Source of the DNA: the human T2T-CHM13v2.0 reference genome, Homo sapiens
Reading direction: 5' to 3' (one strand)
Assembly (NCBI RefSeq): GCF_009914755.1
Contig: NC_060927.1
Length of the DNA: 64,000 nucleotides
Positions 12,701 through 27,902 of the stretch are shown here, piece after piece. How positions within the stretch are numbered: the first letter of the stretch is position 1; each line of letters opens with the position of its first letter. The notes beneath the pieces were generated by a model. It was given only the letters and a program-made list of their open reading frames with translations. It had not been told where the DNA came from and made no database searches. The translations under genes and the position numbers were made by a program.

Positions 12701-15700
12701 ATAGTAAAAGTCACTGTTTATCTCCTCTGTAAAGTTTTGATTAATATAAAAAAAGAATTCTGAGGCCGATCTTAAGCTGTAGTGAATCTGGTGTGCTTTG
12801 TGTCTTTCTGTATTGTTTTGTCATAAAGAGGGGTACCTTAGAATAAAATGTGTGCTTAGGACCCCATAGACCTGCTGTTCAAGACACACCAGCAGACTGG
12901 TCAGTCATGTCTTTGGGAGCTTGACCTTGTAACCATGTGGCCATGCTTTCTCTTTTCACAGTGGCAGCCTGGGTTTAGGGTTCAATTCCTGGCTTAGGGA
13001 ATGAGTCCTTTATCTTCTGTCTGTGTATTTATATGTGTTGTGTGTGTACTATAAAAGAGCATTAATTAATTAGCTTAATAATAATAAGAGCTTAAATCAA
13101 ATATTTTATCAGAAAAGTAAAAAATGTAATGCCTTCTATTTACTTCATGTAACTTAAGTAATCTTTGGGAAATAAAGACAGTTTTAAAGATTATTGGTAA
13201 AATAAAAATATCTTCAAAATGTAAATATTTAGTCTAAATTATGCAGGTCAGATATTAGATTTGCAAAATGCTTTAAGGTCATAAACCGCTTCTTTGACTT
13301 TTAAAAATTGCTCAATTTATTTTGGAGCATTAGATTCTAGATAAGGCCTGGGGACAAATAGAATTAGCCATGTCCCCTAGCTATGCAAAGAAGGTTATAA
13401 AGAAAGGAGATTTTATATAAGAAAGGATCTTATATCGTAAATTCGTGTCCTAAAGTAAAATAAGCGGTTGTTAAAAAAGAGGGATGTTTAGGACAAGTTA
13501 GAAAGTCAAAGCATGTCGTAGATGGTCTGTGTAAGTCATGAAATAATTTACAAAAGAGAATTTATGCAAGAAATATACAATTTAACGGTGATTAGACCTC
13601 CTAAATGCTTCATAAAATGCCACTATGACTCTTAACTCTACAACTTGCCTGCTTTACAGCTCGGTAAGGCCTGAGACACGTGGAGTCAGATGCTGGAGTC
13701 AGACCTTAAGTGTACTTCTCTCTGGGTCCTAGACTCCACAACTAATATATAATTAAAATCCTTAACTTACCAAAGTTTTCACCAAAAGTAAAACTCGCTA
13801 AGAGTTAACATTGTAACATGTAAGTGAGACTACTGAAGCAACAGTTTTACATGCAAGTTACGTAAGAAAAGTGAATGCATTTTCAGTGAAAGATTATAAC
13901 AAGGCATGGGAATGTAGATTTTTTTTTCTGTCTAAAGGGTTAAAGGATTGTTTTAAGTTAGGATAAAGCTAAAAGTTTGAATGAGTTGTGGAAGATTTAT
14001 AAAAATTAATATTGTAAAAAATTATGTGTGTGAACATATTGACTAAATTTAAAGGGGTATTTTCTGGTTTTTCCATAAATTGAACATCAAAATAAAAGCA
14101 CAAACAGGGTTTTCTTAAAGCACCGATCTGCTCTTTAACAAACATTTGTAAAGGATTATAAAAGGTTTATGAGAATCTCACCTTATGGTCAAACGGATTA
14201 AGATTGGAAAGATATGTCTACAAGGTTTTCTTAAAAATTGGGGTTGACATTAATAGCACACTAATGCAAGGGTGAAATTTGGCTTTCTCTCTTGAACAAG
14301 ATTTTCATGCAGTATTAAAAGATAATGAAAGATCTTTGTTTGCCTTTTGAATAAACTACCCCCCCACCAAAAAAAAGGAAGGGAAAGACAAGAGACAGAT
14401 TGTTTGTAAAGTAAGTCTTCCATCTATCAACATGGAAAGGTTTTTGCCTTTTAAAACATTTTTGAGTCATCATTTTGCTAAATGAATGACTATGGTAACC
14501 TGGAATTCCATTTCATAATGTCAAGTGTTTTAAATCTTTAACATATTTAATAGGCTTCCCAAAATCAAATTTCAGCTTCAAAATTGTCTTTTCTAACCTC
14601 TAACTTTGAGATGCTGCAGAGGGCCCCTGAAGCATCCAAAAGAGAGGTAAACAGAATTATTTGACATGTTTAATTACATGGGAAGCATTGTCAAAAAGAA
14701 AAAAATTTAATCTTCTTCAGGTTATATTTTAGTGAATAATATTAATATATGTTCCAAAATTGTATGAGATTTCTAAAATTCCAATATGTCTGAGTATATG
14801 CTATCAATCATAATTATGATTATTATGTTATTGTAGACCACAGAAATAACCAAATTTCCTTGTCAATTGTGTTTTTAACTATAACTATTTAAAGTCATTT
14901 CCACAGTTAATTGCTTAATGCTGATGCAGTTTCTGAAAACTTCACAAGCATGCAAAGTCCTAGAATATGGTGTCTTTTAGGAGATTCATGAAAGATTGGA
15001 AAGGACCCTAAAAAGCACTCTTGAATACAGGTTTCTAATAAGTTTAGAATTATATCATTTGAACTGGGTAAGAATTCCTGGAACTTTAATGAAAAGACTG
15101 ACTGAGTTCTAAAACTGCTAACCCAAGTAGAACAAAAATTAATTAAATACCAAGAAAATACTTTGCCAGATTTTCATGCTAAATCAGCTGATACTGAAAC
15201 TGTTTAGATATAAAATTTGAATAAACTCCATCATTTAAATCAAATTACCTATGATAACCCATCAGTTATCAGTGTTATGCACCTAATTTGGGGAAACAAC
15301 TGGTATTCAAGAGGATATGAGTCTAATGTTAATTAAGCATGAACTCATGGAGAACCAGGATGGCCACCTTGTCCTTCCTAAGTCGTTAAAGCTTTTGTTA
15401 GTAAAATTTCTGCATTACATGACTCGTCACGGAAAAGATAAAATGATCCAAATTGAATATATTGATGTGGTGACTTATAAATTGCTAAAATAGTTTATAA
15501 CCAATGTTTGGTCCCATATTCCTGGGAAAACAATCAAAGCTTCAGGTACATCCAGTCACCTGATAGGCCATTTAAACATTTTATAGAGGGATTTTATTCA
15601 ATTGTTATTTTCAGTGCATGTTTTCTGGTTGTATAAAAGCTTTCCCATGCAAGAGGGCTGATGTTATAACACTAAGTTATTATGCCACCAAGTATTTTCA

Positions 15701-16712
15701 CAAGGTAAAGAAAGCTTTTTATGGTTCACTGAGGACAATCAACTCCTTCACAACCTAGAAACTGAAGATTGTATCTTCTGAAAACATTGGATAAAGACTG
15801 TCCTTGCCATCCACACTACAGCAAAACTTCTGGACTTTGAACTTTGGGTTCATGATCTCACAACTGAGAAGAGTCCCTCCACACTCTTGGAACTGTACAC
15901 CCATTGGAACCCTTAAGGTAAAGCTAACCAGGGAAGTTTCTCTCCCGAAGAAGATGGCATCCTTGATGTGAACAGCTTTTCCCAAGATCATGAATCAAGA
16001 CTTCTCTATTATCATGAGACTCTTATCTTTGAATATTTTTTCCTTGCTTTTGCCTCTATGAAGAATAGAAGTGGAAAAAGGATCTGTTGTGTACAATTAT
16101 GGGTTATACTTTTATTTGTGAAGAATTTTGCAGCCAGCTTTAGGTCCTTTTTCCATGATTTGGAATAAAAGAGGCAAATGTATCCCTCATAATAGGCTCC
16201 ATAGCAGTTTACTGTAAAGGCTATGGTTACATAATAGACTAAATTATCTTAAGAAAGTTATGCTAAATAATAGAGTTGGCTAAACAGAAGAGTATCTGTG
16301 CAGCTGCTGGCACTCATGGCCTATGGAGAAAACATCAGGTATTATAGAGATTCAGTTGTAGCAAATTAATGAAGAGACTGCTTAGTTAAGTGAGTAGACT
16401 CTTTAGCTCATTGTTTAATCTATTTGAGTTTAGGAGGTTTGGTTTATGGTGACCCTGGATAAGGAGCATACTTACTCTCAACTCTTGGTATTATCCTCCT
16501 GATAGTCATAATAATAGTCTCCCTGGTGTGCTGTATTCTCTCAACGGTTTTAAATGTTTGCATGCTGCCACCTCTAGAATGTCAAATGGCCTCTCTTCAA
16601 CTGGAATGACAAGAGCTGAAAGAAATTGCAGCCATGAGGACACTGTAACCTACGAATGATGTGCTGAGTCCAAAAGCCCAAAGTGTTGGTAACTGAGAGT
16701 GGTGCTAAGTAA

Positions 16713-17074
<362 letters not shown>

Positions 17075-17568
17075 AAAAAGGGGAATTTTTTTTAAACAAA
17101 ATTATGGGAGGTCATTTTTTTGTACTGAGCCCATGCGCCAGGCCCCAACAGACCAAACTAAACCAAAACGGAGTCACGTATGCCAAGACCTTAAGGAAAC
17201 ACATAGATCCTAGAACAGACCACAGGCCAGGTTTTGTTTTTCTCCTACAAATCTCTATAACAAACATTCCTGACAGCATAGATATCCACCCCCTGAGTTC
17301 CCATTAAATCTTTTAACCAAATTAATTTCCTCTCGCCAAAAGACCATCAAGCTTCAGATGATCATGCAACAAAAGTTTCATCCAGTTCCACCACCCCTGG
17401 CCATCAAGGAGCTACCCTGCCTTCACTAGAAAGAGCAGAGCAGGACTTCTGTGATCCTCAATAGGTAGGGACTAGGCCTCAAGCCAACATGAAGCAGTTA
17501 CAAAAGAAAGACCATCGGCCCCTCCACCTCCCATAAAGATTTATGGGGATCCCATCTCTGGAGGGAAA

Positions 17569-17921
17569 TGAGGCAGAAGAATAGGGTCTGTAGGCAAGGA
17601 ATATAAGGCAGATGCATGCTCACTTCCTAGAACTAAATCAAATGGAAACACTTCAGCTATGATGGGAAATGTCTTCTGTATTTACATAGGGCATACACTG
17701 AGTAACCAATGGAAACCTCTAGAGGGTATTTAAACCCCAGAAAATTCTGTAACCGGGCTATTGAGCCCCTATGCTCAAGCCCTCTGCCACCCTGTGGAGT
17801 GTACTTTTGTTTTCAATAAACCTCTGCTTTTGTTGCTTCATTCTTTCCTTGCTTTGTTTGTGCATTTTGTCCAATTATTTGTTCAAGAAGCCAAGAACCT
17901 GGACACCCTCCAGTAGTAACA
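17569..17921 (+). mobile_element. 3' LTR of the provirus (intact AATAAA at 17815-17820)
   Basis: Homologous to 9289-9755 but 114 bp shorter. Confidence 0.92.
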
Positions 17922-20900
17922 CTACTGGACATATAGTGGACAAAATTAAGTCCTTATTTGAAACATCTAGTCTTCTAGATGTTTAGAAGTGCACACAGTA
18001 TGTTAAAAGTAGAGGTAGTAAATAACACATTTTGTAGATATCCTTTTGATTCATATGAAACATTGTCTTTTGGAAATTGATCAAACCACTTCACATTATA
18101 TTTATGCTGATTCAGGGAGGAAGGAGCAGAAGAAAGTGCAAAGGGCTTTATATCAGTGTGTTTACAGTATGACACAATTGACTGTTGTCCCTTATATCTG
18201 CATTTCCTTTTACTTTGCTGTGTATACAAACAAACATTTACATAGCTTTGGAATTTTGAATTGGTAAATATTCATGATGTGTGAAAAAGCATGATACATA
18301 CTGTATGATCCCAATTGCATAACATTGGATGGTGTCCTAATTTATAACATCTAGTCTTTCTAGATGTTAAAGAGATTGCCAGCATATAACAAAACTAGAG
18401 TTAGTAAACTAATACATTGAGTACACTTTGTGTTAAAAATTCATAGGAAAGATTGTTCTTAAAAATGCTTCAAAAGTAGAATTGTTAAAATCCCCCCTAA
18501 GCATTACAGATGTTTATACCTGTCCACTGGATTGATAGAGATAGGAAGGGGAAGGGCTTTAGGCCATGTTCCTATTTAGAAGACACATCCAAATTATAGC
18601 CTTGCTTTGTATGTGCACCATTTATTCAATGCTACTGTGTATAAAGTGGAAAACTCAAGTCCTATTTAAAACACCTAGTCTTCTTAGATGTTTAAAAGTG
18701 CACAATATAGATTAAAAATAGAGGGCTAAAGTAACACCCTTTATGCATTTTTGTGGTTGGTGTTATTTCCTAGGGATGGTTGCATTTGAGAATGGAATTT
18801 TTAAACTTGATGCTGACTGTTCATCAGGTGTCGGCAGGTGGGAAGAGGAGGAGGTATGCAGGGAGAAGGGTTCTGGGCCCGTGAGTTAGATTAGTTCAGA
18901 TGATCTAGCCATTGTTCTGTATGTGAATTTTAGTTAATATTGGTGTGTTTTAAAGAATAAACAAGTCTTAATGCTCAAGGTAGTTTAAAAGTGGAGGTAG
19001 TAAAATATCCCTTTATAAATGTCCTTTTGTTAGTTTTTAGGAAGACCTGCCTTCTGGGAGTAATCTTTGTTAATCCACCCCTTGGAGCTAGACATAGTCC
19101 TGTACTTAGTCACTGGCATGCTAGAAGAGGGAGAAGGGGAAGGGTGAAGGGAAGGGCTTTTTGCTAGTATCTCGGTATCCAGAAGATAGTGTGAGATAAC
19201 AGCCATAGGTCTAACAGCATTTTAGTAAAGTGCCTGCATTTATTGTGGACAAAGTTTATTTTTTGGAACACTTAACCTTTATGAATGTCCTGAGGAGACA
19301 ATGTATGATTAAAAGTAGAGCTAGCGAATTAGCCAATTTGTAAATATCTTTTTGTTATAATTGATAGAAAAGATGCATATTGGACATGGAATTGTTAAAC
19401 CACCACTGAGCAGTGTATATCAGGACTTGCTCATTAAGTTGGCAGCAGGGGGGCAAAAGGAAGCATAAAGGGAGAGATATATGCAGATATACATTTACAT
19501 TTTGATGATAGCCACTGATGTATGTGCATCTCTTTCGGCTGTACTATAGGAATACATTAAGTAATTCAGTGAAAATATGCCTTCTTGCTAATATTTTCAT
19601 GGCATAGAACTACTAATGAATTCTCTTAGAAACATTATACTTAGTGTATTCTGTTGCTTTATGTTTCATTTTAAATTGAACATTAAGGGAATGCAGTATT
19701 TTAATTGGAACTCTGCCAATGCTTTTATCTCAAGGTATGATGCCATTTTTGTCTTTTATAAAATTTTTGTTCCAAGAAAGGCAGGATTACATTTTTTCCT
19801 AATAGATTGAGTTGGTGTAGTGTTTTCTTGACTATCAAAATACTCATATAGCTTTAGGATTTTGAATTGGTAAATATTCATGATGTGTAAAAAAGCATGA
19901 CACATAAAATTGCATGATCTCAATCCCATAAATTTGGATGTTGTTGTCTATACACACACAGGACCTAGAAGGACAAGTCAAACTGTAAACTGCCTGTGAT
20001 TGTGGATGACTTTGCTCTTTGCTTCATGTGTTTTCCAGTTTCCTAAAATGCACGTTAGCTTTTTAAAAATAAAAGATATTTTAAAAACATTAAAAAAGAG
20101 ATGAACATTGTGATAAAAAATAGGCAAAAAATACTAGAGACAGTTACTAGATAACACACATAGAGCCAACACACATCTAAAATTTGAAGCAACTCACTCA
20201 TAAAGAAATAGAATGCATGAGAACATGCACTTTTTTAGATCAGCTAAAGTTAAAGAAAAACTACTAATACCCAGAGGTGGGAAAGGAATAGAGAAAACAG
20301 TTACGGTTACTACTTTTGATGTGACTCTAGATTGGAGAAATCTTTCTCTAGAGGGATGTTTCGCCAAATCTATTATACTTCAAACACATATGTCCTTTAT
20401 TCTTGATTGCACTTCTAGGAATATATCCCATGGAAGTACTCTCACAGGGTGTTTATAATAAGGTGAAAAAATGAAATCCTAAATTTCCATCATTAGAGGA
20501 CCACAGTGATTTAGGATATATCTAAACACTGGGATACTCTGCAGCATTTACAGAGAGTGCAGTAGAGCTATATGAACTGCTGGGGAAAGGTGGTTCAGTA
20601 AAACAAGTTTCATAATCAGATGTATAGTATATAATCATATATTTGAATAAAAACATGAACATATATGCTTGCGTGTGTGTGAAAGGACAGTTACATATGA
20701 GCAGTAGCCTTGGAAGGACAGAGAAAAAAATAATTATTTTAATTTTGCATTTTTATGTACCATTCAACTTCTCAAAATGAAGATCTATTACCTCAATTAC
20801 TTTTTTCAAGTGGCTCTCGGGGAGAAGTTTAATAGTAAAATAATCTGAATTTTGCAGTTCCTGGTATTATGCAATTGTGTATTTTAAGGTCTAAGGAAAG

Positions 20901-23321
20901 TATGCCCAGATAATTCTCCAAAGGTCCCAGCTAGATTCTGTTAATATCAAGAAGGATTTAGAAGTAGAAGAGACCCCTTCTGTGTTTAACAGACAAAAAG
21001 TTATCCTTGAATGTGAAGGAAAAAGTGCCATTGGGTGGAAAAGGCTGGGAAGGATGAACAGAAGTTGAATGGAATGTTCCCTTGTAGAACACCATGGTTC
21101 CTCTTCTCATCTACGTCACTGTAACGCCAGCATGTGCACTTCCACATGCCAGCGAGCAGTAATGACAGCACGCTTTCAGTAAAGCCAGGACAGCTGTGGC
21201 TGACATCATCTTCCTTCTTCCCCCAGGGACGAACCTAGAAGTGTGGCACTGTTCCTCTGTAGTACCAGGCAGCCTATGACTGAGGCTCAGGGCTGTAATC
21301 TGGCCTGGCCTTAAATCCCCCTCCTTGGTCTCAAAAGGTTAAGACATCATTTGTTCTCTGTGCTGCTCCATCAGCAGATAGGGACCACCTAGGACCTCCG
21401 GGTGTTTCCTTCCCAGATCAAGTCATTTAAATAAGTGCAAACTGGGTGCCTGCTAAGAGCCAGCAGTTTTGGTATAGAGCCAGACCTTCCCTATGCCTAC
21501 ACCTGAAAAATGAATGATTACATTGTACAATGTATGCTGTGGGACTGTCCAAAGTATCAGAGCTGAATAAGCTTAGATATGGTGCAATCAAGTGAGTGAG
21601 TCAGCTCTGAAGTGGAGCTCTTTGTCAGGACCTCTTGTGTTTCCAGTGGACTCACCTTTCTCCCCTTCCATCCTTTAAGGGACTGGAGGGAGCTGCCCAA
21701 GCTGCCTGGCCAGATGTCTGTGGACTAAGTGTGACTGATGGATATAGGGGACTGATCCTACTTGTATCTGACGAAGAATATTGAATGATGTTAGAGAAAA
21801 TCCTAAATGGTGCCTCTATTCAGATGTAATTATTCTTACCAGCAGATTCTACTTTCTGAGAAGCTAAAATTAGAAATTAAATTTGGTAGGCTAGGGTGAC
21901 ATGTCCTCAAACCCGCTAAGGCAGGGATGTGAAGCAGGAGGATGTCAGACAGGAGCCTGGGGCACAGCAATGGACACAGTAGGCCTGGGATCATTCATTC
22001 AACAGTTGACCAGTGCCTCCCATGAGCCAAGTACTGTTCAGGGATGGGGAATACAGAGGTGCATACTATAATCTCTTTAAAAATAACGTGTTCGTTTGTA
22101 TTTACTGCTCTTATCCATACAGCCTTCTTATTAGTACATATGTACAGAGGAATGTCTTAAATATTTATCAGATACTATAGGTAGAAAAATAGAGGTGATT
22201 TGTGGCTTTCATTATTGCTTGAGTTTTTAATATAATAAGCATGTGTTAAATTCTGTTTTTAAAAATCCTCTAAACGTTTTTTTAAACAAAGCCATAGCAG
22301 GGGAATCCCATGATTGGTATCCCTAGGTCTGAGGTATGTTCCATTGTACATTGGAGCTTTGGGGAGCGGATGGAAGAAGGTGTCTGGTGAATGGGACATT
22401 TTAGTTTATGGAAGAGAAGAGAAAAATTCCCTGACTACAACTGGTTTCATTGTAACTTTCCATCTGCTATTGGAATCAAGAACTAAAAACTTATCAGCAG
22501 GCAGCAGTCAGTATCGCATGTCCTTCCTCTGCATTCGTGCCCACGGAGCTCCTGATGGAGATGGGTGAGTACAGGGAAGCAACTAATCTCACCCCTCCTG
22601 CTCATTCCTGAGAATGGGAGTGCTAACTTCTCACTGAGTGTGGGAGCTGTGCACATTTCTTCTGCCCAGGAAACATACTGAAGAAAAAAAGTCTCTTTTC
22701 TTGAACCTTTTTTCTTCCTTTCCCAACTTCACCACCACGGCAGCCCTCTTCATTCACATAGCTCTGACCAAATATCCTCAGCGAGTTAAGACAGTTACGG
22801 TTGGAACTCTCCGTGTCTGGCTCTTCCTTCTTCCCTGCATCTTTGGTCCCCAGTCAGGAGGTCTAATGGTAATATCCAGTGATTTTTCTAAAGAGGAATC
22901 AGTGGTTATATTATACAAGGGGTGTGTGCGTGTGTTTTGGGTGGTGAATACAGAGCAGCGGTTAGGACCATAAGAAATAAGAGAAATGGAATGTGGCATG
23001 ACCGCTGCCAGTTCTGATATTTTTGAAATTGGTAATTTAAAATAAAGTAGTTGGTTTACTTACTTAAGCCTCACATCTTAACCGTCCTTCCTTGATCTGG
23101 AGTTCCTATCGCCTACCTTTATCAATTAAAAATGCCTTGAAAATGAATCCTACTATGTTAAAGCATACGGTTAAGTAGATAGAAGCCCAATTGCCTGGGA
23201 TGAAGTCCCAAGTCTGCTCATTACTATATATCCTTGGGGAGGTTACTCAACCCTGCTTCAGTTTCCCCTCTGTAAAATTAGAAAATGAGTCAGTGTGAGA
23301 ATTAAACAAATTAATACATTA

Positions 23322-23615
23322 GGCAGGGCGTGGTGGCTTGTGCCTGTAATCCCACCACTCTGGGGGGCTGAAGCAGGAGGATCACTTGAGCCCAGGAGCT
23401 CAAGACCAGCCCAGGCAGCAGAGAGAGACTGTGTCTCTACAAAAATAAAAATAAAAAAACTACCTGGGCATGGTGTTTGTGCCTGTAGTCCCAGCTATTT
23501 GGGAGGCTGAAGCAGGAGGATCACTTGAGCCCAGGAGTTCCAGGTTACAGTGAGCCCTATTGTCACTGCACTCCAGCCTGGGCAACAGAGTGAGACCCTG
23601 CCTGAAAAAAAAAAT
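23322..23615 (+). mobile_element. Alu (AluJ-like) within a MIR-like remnant
   Basis: Dimeric Alu with A tail; CTTCAGTTTCCCCTCTGTAAAA MIR-like core upstream. Confidence 0.9.
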
Positions 23616-24448
23616 TAAAAGTATTTAGAATGATGCTTGGCACCAGGAAGTGCTCATTAACATTAGAAACTATCTTCATGCCCCACTGTCTTCCCCATAC
23701 ACCATAGTCTTGCTTCCATCCCCACACTGCCCCATCCCTTGCTTATCCCCTTGAGCTCAGACTCATTCAAAGCCTTGTCAAAGGAGCCTCTCTGCTACAG
23801 AAGATGCTACTGACCACTTATAGGACATGTCTGTTTTACTCCTGTGCCACTGACTCTTCCTTCTTAGGCTTTTTTGTGGGTTCCTTTCCTCATTCTTCAT
23901 GTTCTCCATGATTTTAATGACCACTTATTTATTCCTGACTCCCAAATGAAAATCTAGTATATACTTGTGGAACTTTATTTGTGTTTACTCATCACTTGCT
24001 TGACATAAGCTTTTAGATTTCCCAGAAGCACCTAAAACTCAACATATAGAAAAGAGACAATTTTCATTCTGGCTACTCTTACGTTGGATCCACAGCCCCA
24101 AGCCCTCTCCCGTTGAGGTCCCTAATTCATTTAATGGCTTTCTCATCTTCCTAGTCACCCACACCCACCACCTAGGATGCAGCCTTGATAACATTCCTTT
24201 TACTTAATTCACAATATCCAACTAATCACATCCTACGTATTTTAACTCTCAGACATCTCTCAAATTTGTGCTCTCATTTTCATACCTATTTCTGTCTCTG
24301 TATTAGACTCTGAGCATCCTTTGCCTAAATACTGCATCTTTTGCCTAAATGCTCTCAGCTGGTCTCTCTGTCTGAAGTTTTTTTTTTCCTCTCAAGTCAT
24401 AGTCCTCCATAGATCTGTCAATTATCTATGTCACCCCAAATGAAACTT

Positions 24449-24484
24449 CTACACTTGATCTTAGCCAAAAGGCCGAGAAGCGAT
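24449..24484 (-). pseudogene. U2 snRNA 5' fragment (nt 1-36), tailless retro-insertion
   Basis: Minus strand reads ATCGCTTCTCGGCCTTTTGGCTAAGATCAAGTGTAG (U2 5' end); 17-bp TSD CCCCAAATGAAACTTCT at 24434-24450 and 24485-24501. Confidence 0.93.
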
Positions 24485-24857
24485 CCCCAAATGAAACTTC
24501 TTATTGCATTCTGGACAAACTCTTAAGTTCCTCAACATAGCACAGAAAATCCCTTCTGGTCTGATTCCTGCCAACCTTTCTAGCTTCATCTCCTGTCACT
24601 CCTACTTAAATTACTGCTCTAATCAATTTTTATAGATTTTATAATTGATGATTTGGCATCTGTTGATCACTAGGCCAAACTAACAGCCAACATTGTTTAC
24701 ATTTCCCCTGTGGCCTGGCTTTTGAGGGTGTGCCTAAATCATATTGCAAATCTTCCTAATACAACCCTTAACATCTGTGTTTCGCTTCTTGCCCAATCAA
24801 AAACATCTCTATCTAGCTACTCGCTGACACATTAGTAATAAAGGAAGAGTCCCAGTT

Positions 24858-25972
<1,115 letters not shown>

Positions 25973-26689
25973 ATGGCAATGTGGAACTGTAATAAACTTT
26001 TTTCAATCTTTCAGTGACACTGACATCTTCATGTCTCTACTCAGCCATACAATTAAATTAAATAATGTGTACATTTTAAAACAATGACAGCTGTTTAATG
26101 ACAGAGACTGTGAACTGGGACCCTCTAGGCTGGCCACTTTTGGTGTTTTATTTGGGCCACAAGTTTTTGAATGCTTTCAATTACCTACAGAAAATTTCAA
26201 AAGTGGAAAATTTCCTATAAAAATCTGCCTTTATTGCTTCTCTTGAAAACTGGAAGAACCGGCCACCCAGGTCCCATAACACCTACCTGGCTGAATAGGG
26301 TCGGCCCTACTTTCAGCAGAAATACCTCCTGCAGTTTTCAACAGCCCCAGCTCTCCTGGGCGTTGATTTTCCTAGTTGCTTCCTTTAATGCAGACATTTG
26401 AGTTTGCAGCCCTAGATTGACAGTGTAGGGGCACTGAATTACTTAGGGTTCCCACATACATCGTTTCTTACACTCATTTTCTTCTGCACAGCACCTTTTT
26501 TTCCTTTAACCACTCGCAGATGCTAACTCATTCTTCAGGACTCAATTCCAATGTCCAGAAGCTTTTCTCTGAACTCATGATGGACTCCGCGTCCCATTAT
26601 GTATTCCCACATCGCTCCGTACATCCATCTGTCACATCCCTTGTCACATTAAATTCAGATTAAATGTTTGTAGGATGCTTGAGTTCTTC

Positions 26690-27560
26690 ACAAGTCTCAC
26701 GTCACTTAGCGACGGTCGGGAACTCCTCAGTGGTAGTTTCGGGAGCCATTCATTCATTTTATTCATTTCATCATTCTTTCAACAGTCATAACGTAGGTGA
26801 CGACGACTGACTCATCTCTTAAAAGATGTGTGTGTCCCTCGACAAATAACCTGTCTGCCCCTATCGTTCTGTAGGAGGACGGAGTCCCAGAGAACTACAA
26901 CTCCCATCAAGCACTTGGGGGATCGCCGCGGCTGAGGGAGAGACTATGGCTTAGGAACCACCATTCGCGTGAGGCTCTGCTCCCCGCGCCTGCGCAGAGT
27001 GCAGGGCCACGTCGCTTTTGCTGTACCGGGGACCACGCGTCTCATCCATGGCTTCCGCGGACTCGCGCCGGGTGGCAGATGGCGGCGGTGCCGGGGGCAC
27101 CTTCCAGCCCTACCTAGACACCTTGCGGCAGGAGCTGCAGCAGACGGACCCAACGCTGTTGTCAGTAGTGGTGGCGGTTCTTGCGGTGCTGCTGACGCTA
27201 GGTAAAAGGCGGCCGGTGGTCATGGCGGGTTTGGGGCGGGCAGAGGTCCGGGCTTTGGCTGCACCGCTGCAGGCCGGGGACGCGGGGCTGAGAGGGCGCC
27301 TTGAGGGCATCAGGAGGGTGAGACCCACCCAGTCTACACCCCACCCTCTCTCCTGAAGCAGCGGCAGCAGCTGGGCGTTAAGGGGGATGCCGGGCAACCC
27401 CCGGAGTTAACGTCCTGGTCCTTGGGGCGCAGATTGCTCTTCGTCATCTGCCCTGTTACGCTTGAGCGCGCTGTTCCTCGCCTTCCGCTGTTCTCACTGC
27501 AAAGACTCAGGGTCTTGACACCAACTTTCAGCCTCCCGTGTTTGCGTGCGGGCGCTGGGA
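26690..27560 (+). promoter_or_regulatory. SRPRB CpG-island promoter
   Basis: CpG-rich. ZNF143/THAP11-type ACTACAACTCCCA (26894-26906), NRF1-type GCGCCTGCGCA (26986-26996), UPRE/XBP1-like TCACGTCA (26697-26704) and GCCACGTC (27006-27013). Confidence 0.8.
27048..27201 (+). CDS. SRPRB: SRP receptor subunit beta, coding exon 1 (start codon, TM anchor)
   Basis: MASADSRRVADGGGAGGTFQPYLDTLRQELQQTDPTLLSVVVAVLAVLLTL; donor G|GTAAAA. Confidence 0.97.
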
Positions 27561-27807
27561 TACCAAGGTAGTGAGATAGCACCTGAGTCCCAGTCAGAGT
27601 AAGGACTGCAAAGAAAAGTTGACAGTTGACAGTGCCTGGCTCTCAGTGGATCCCTAACAACAGCAATAGTAACCATTATGATAAAAGTCAGTTCCAGGTG
27701 AATGAGGTGTTTCGTCACAGACTTCTGTGAATTTCCCCACCCCAGCCATGCACATATACTGATTCCCAAGGCGTAATTTTTGTTGTTTTTCTCTGTCTAT
27801 TCCACAG

Positions 27808-27902
27808 TCTTCTGGAAGTTAATCCGGAGCAGAAGGAGCAGTCAGAGAGCTGTTCTTCTTGTTGGCCTTTGTGATTCCGGGAAAACGTTGCTCTTTGTCA
27901 GG
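27808..27902 (+). CDS. SRPRB: SRPRB coding exon 2 (P-loop GLCDSGKT)
   Basis: CAG| acceptor and AGG|GTAAAT donor; frame preserved. Confidence 0.97.

Noticed and set aside
26875-27047. N-terminal extension of SRPRB from the in-frame ATG at 26946 or an upstream exon
   Set aside because: In-frame TAG (26952) and a further TGA block it.
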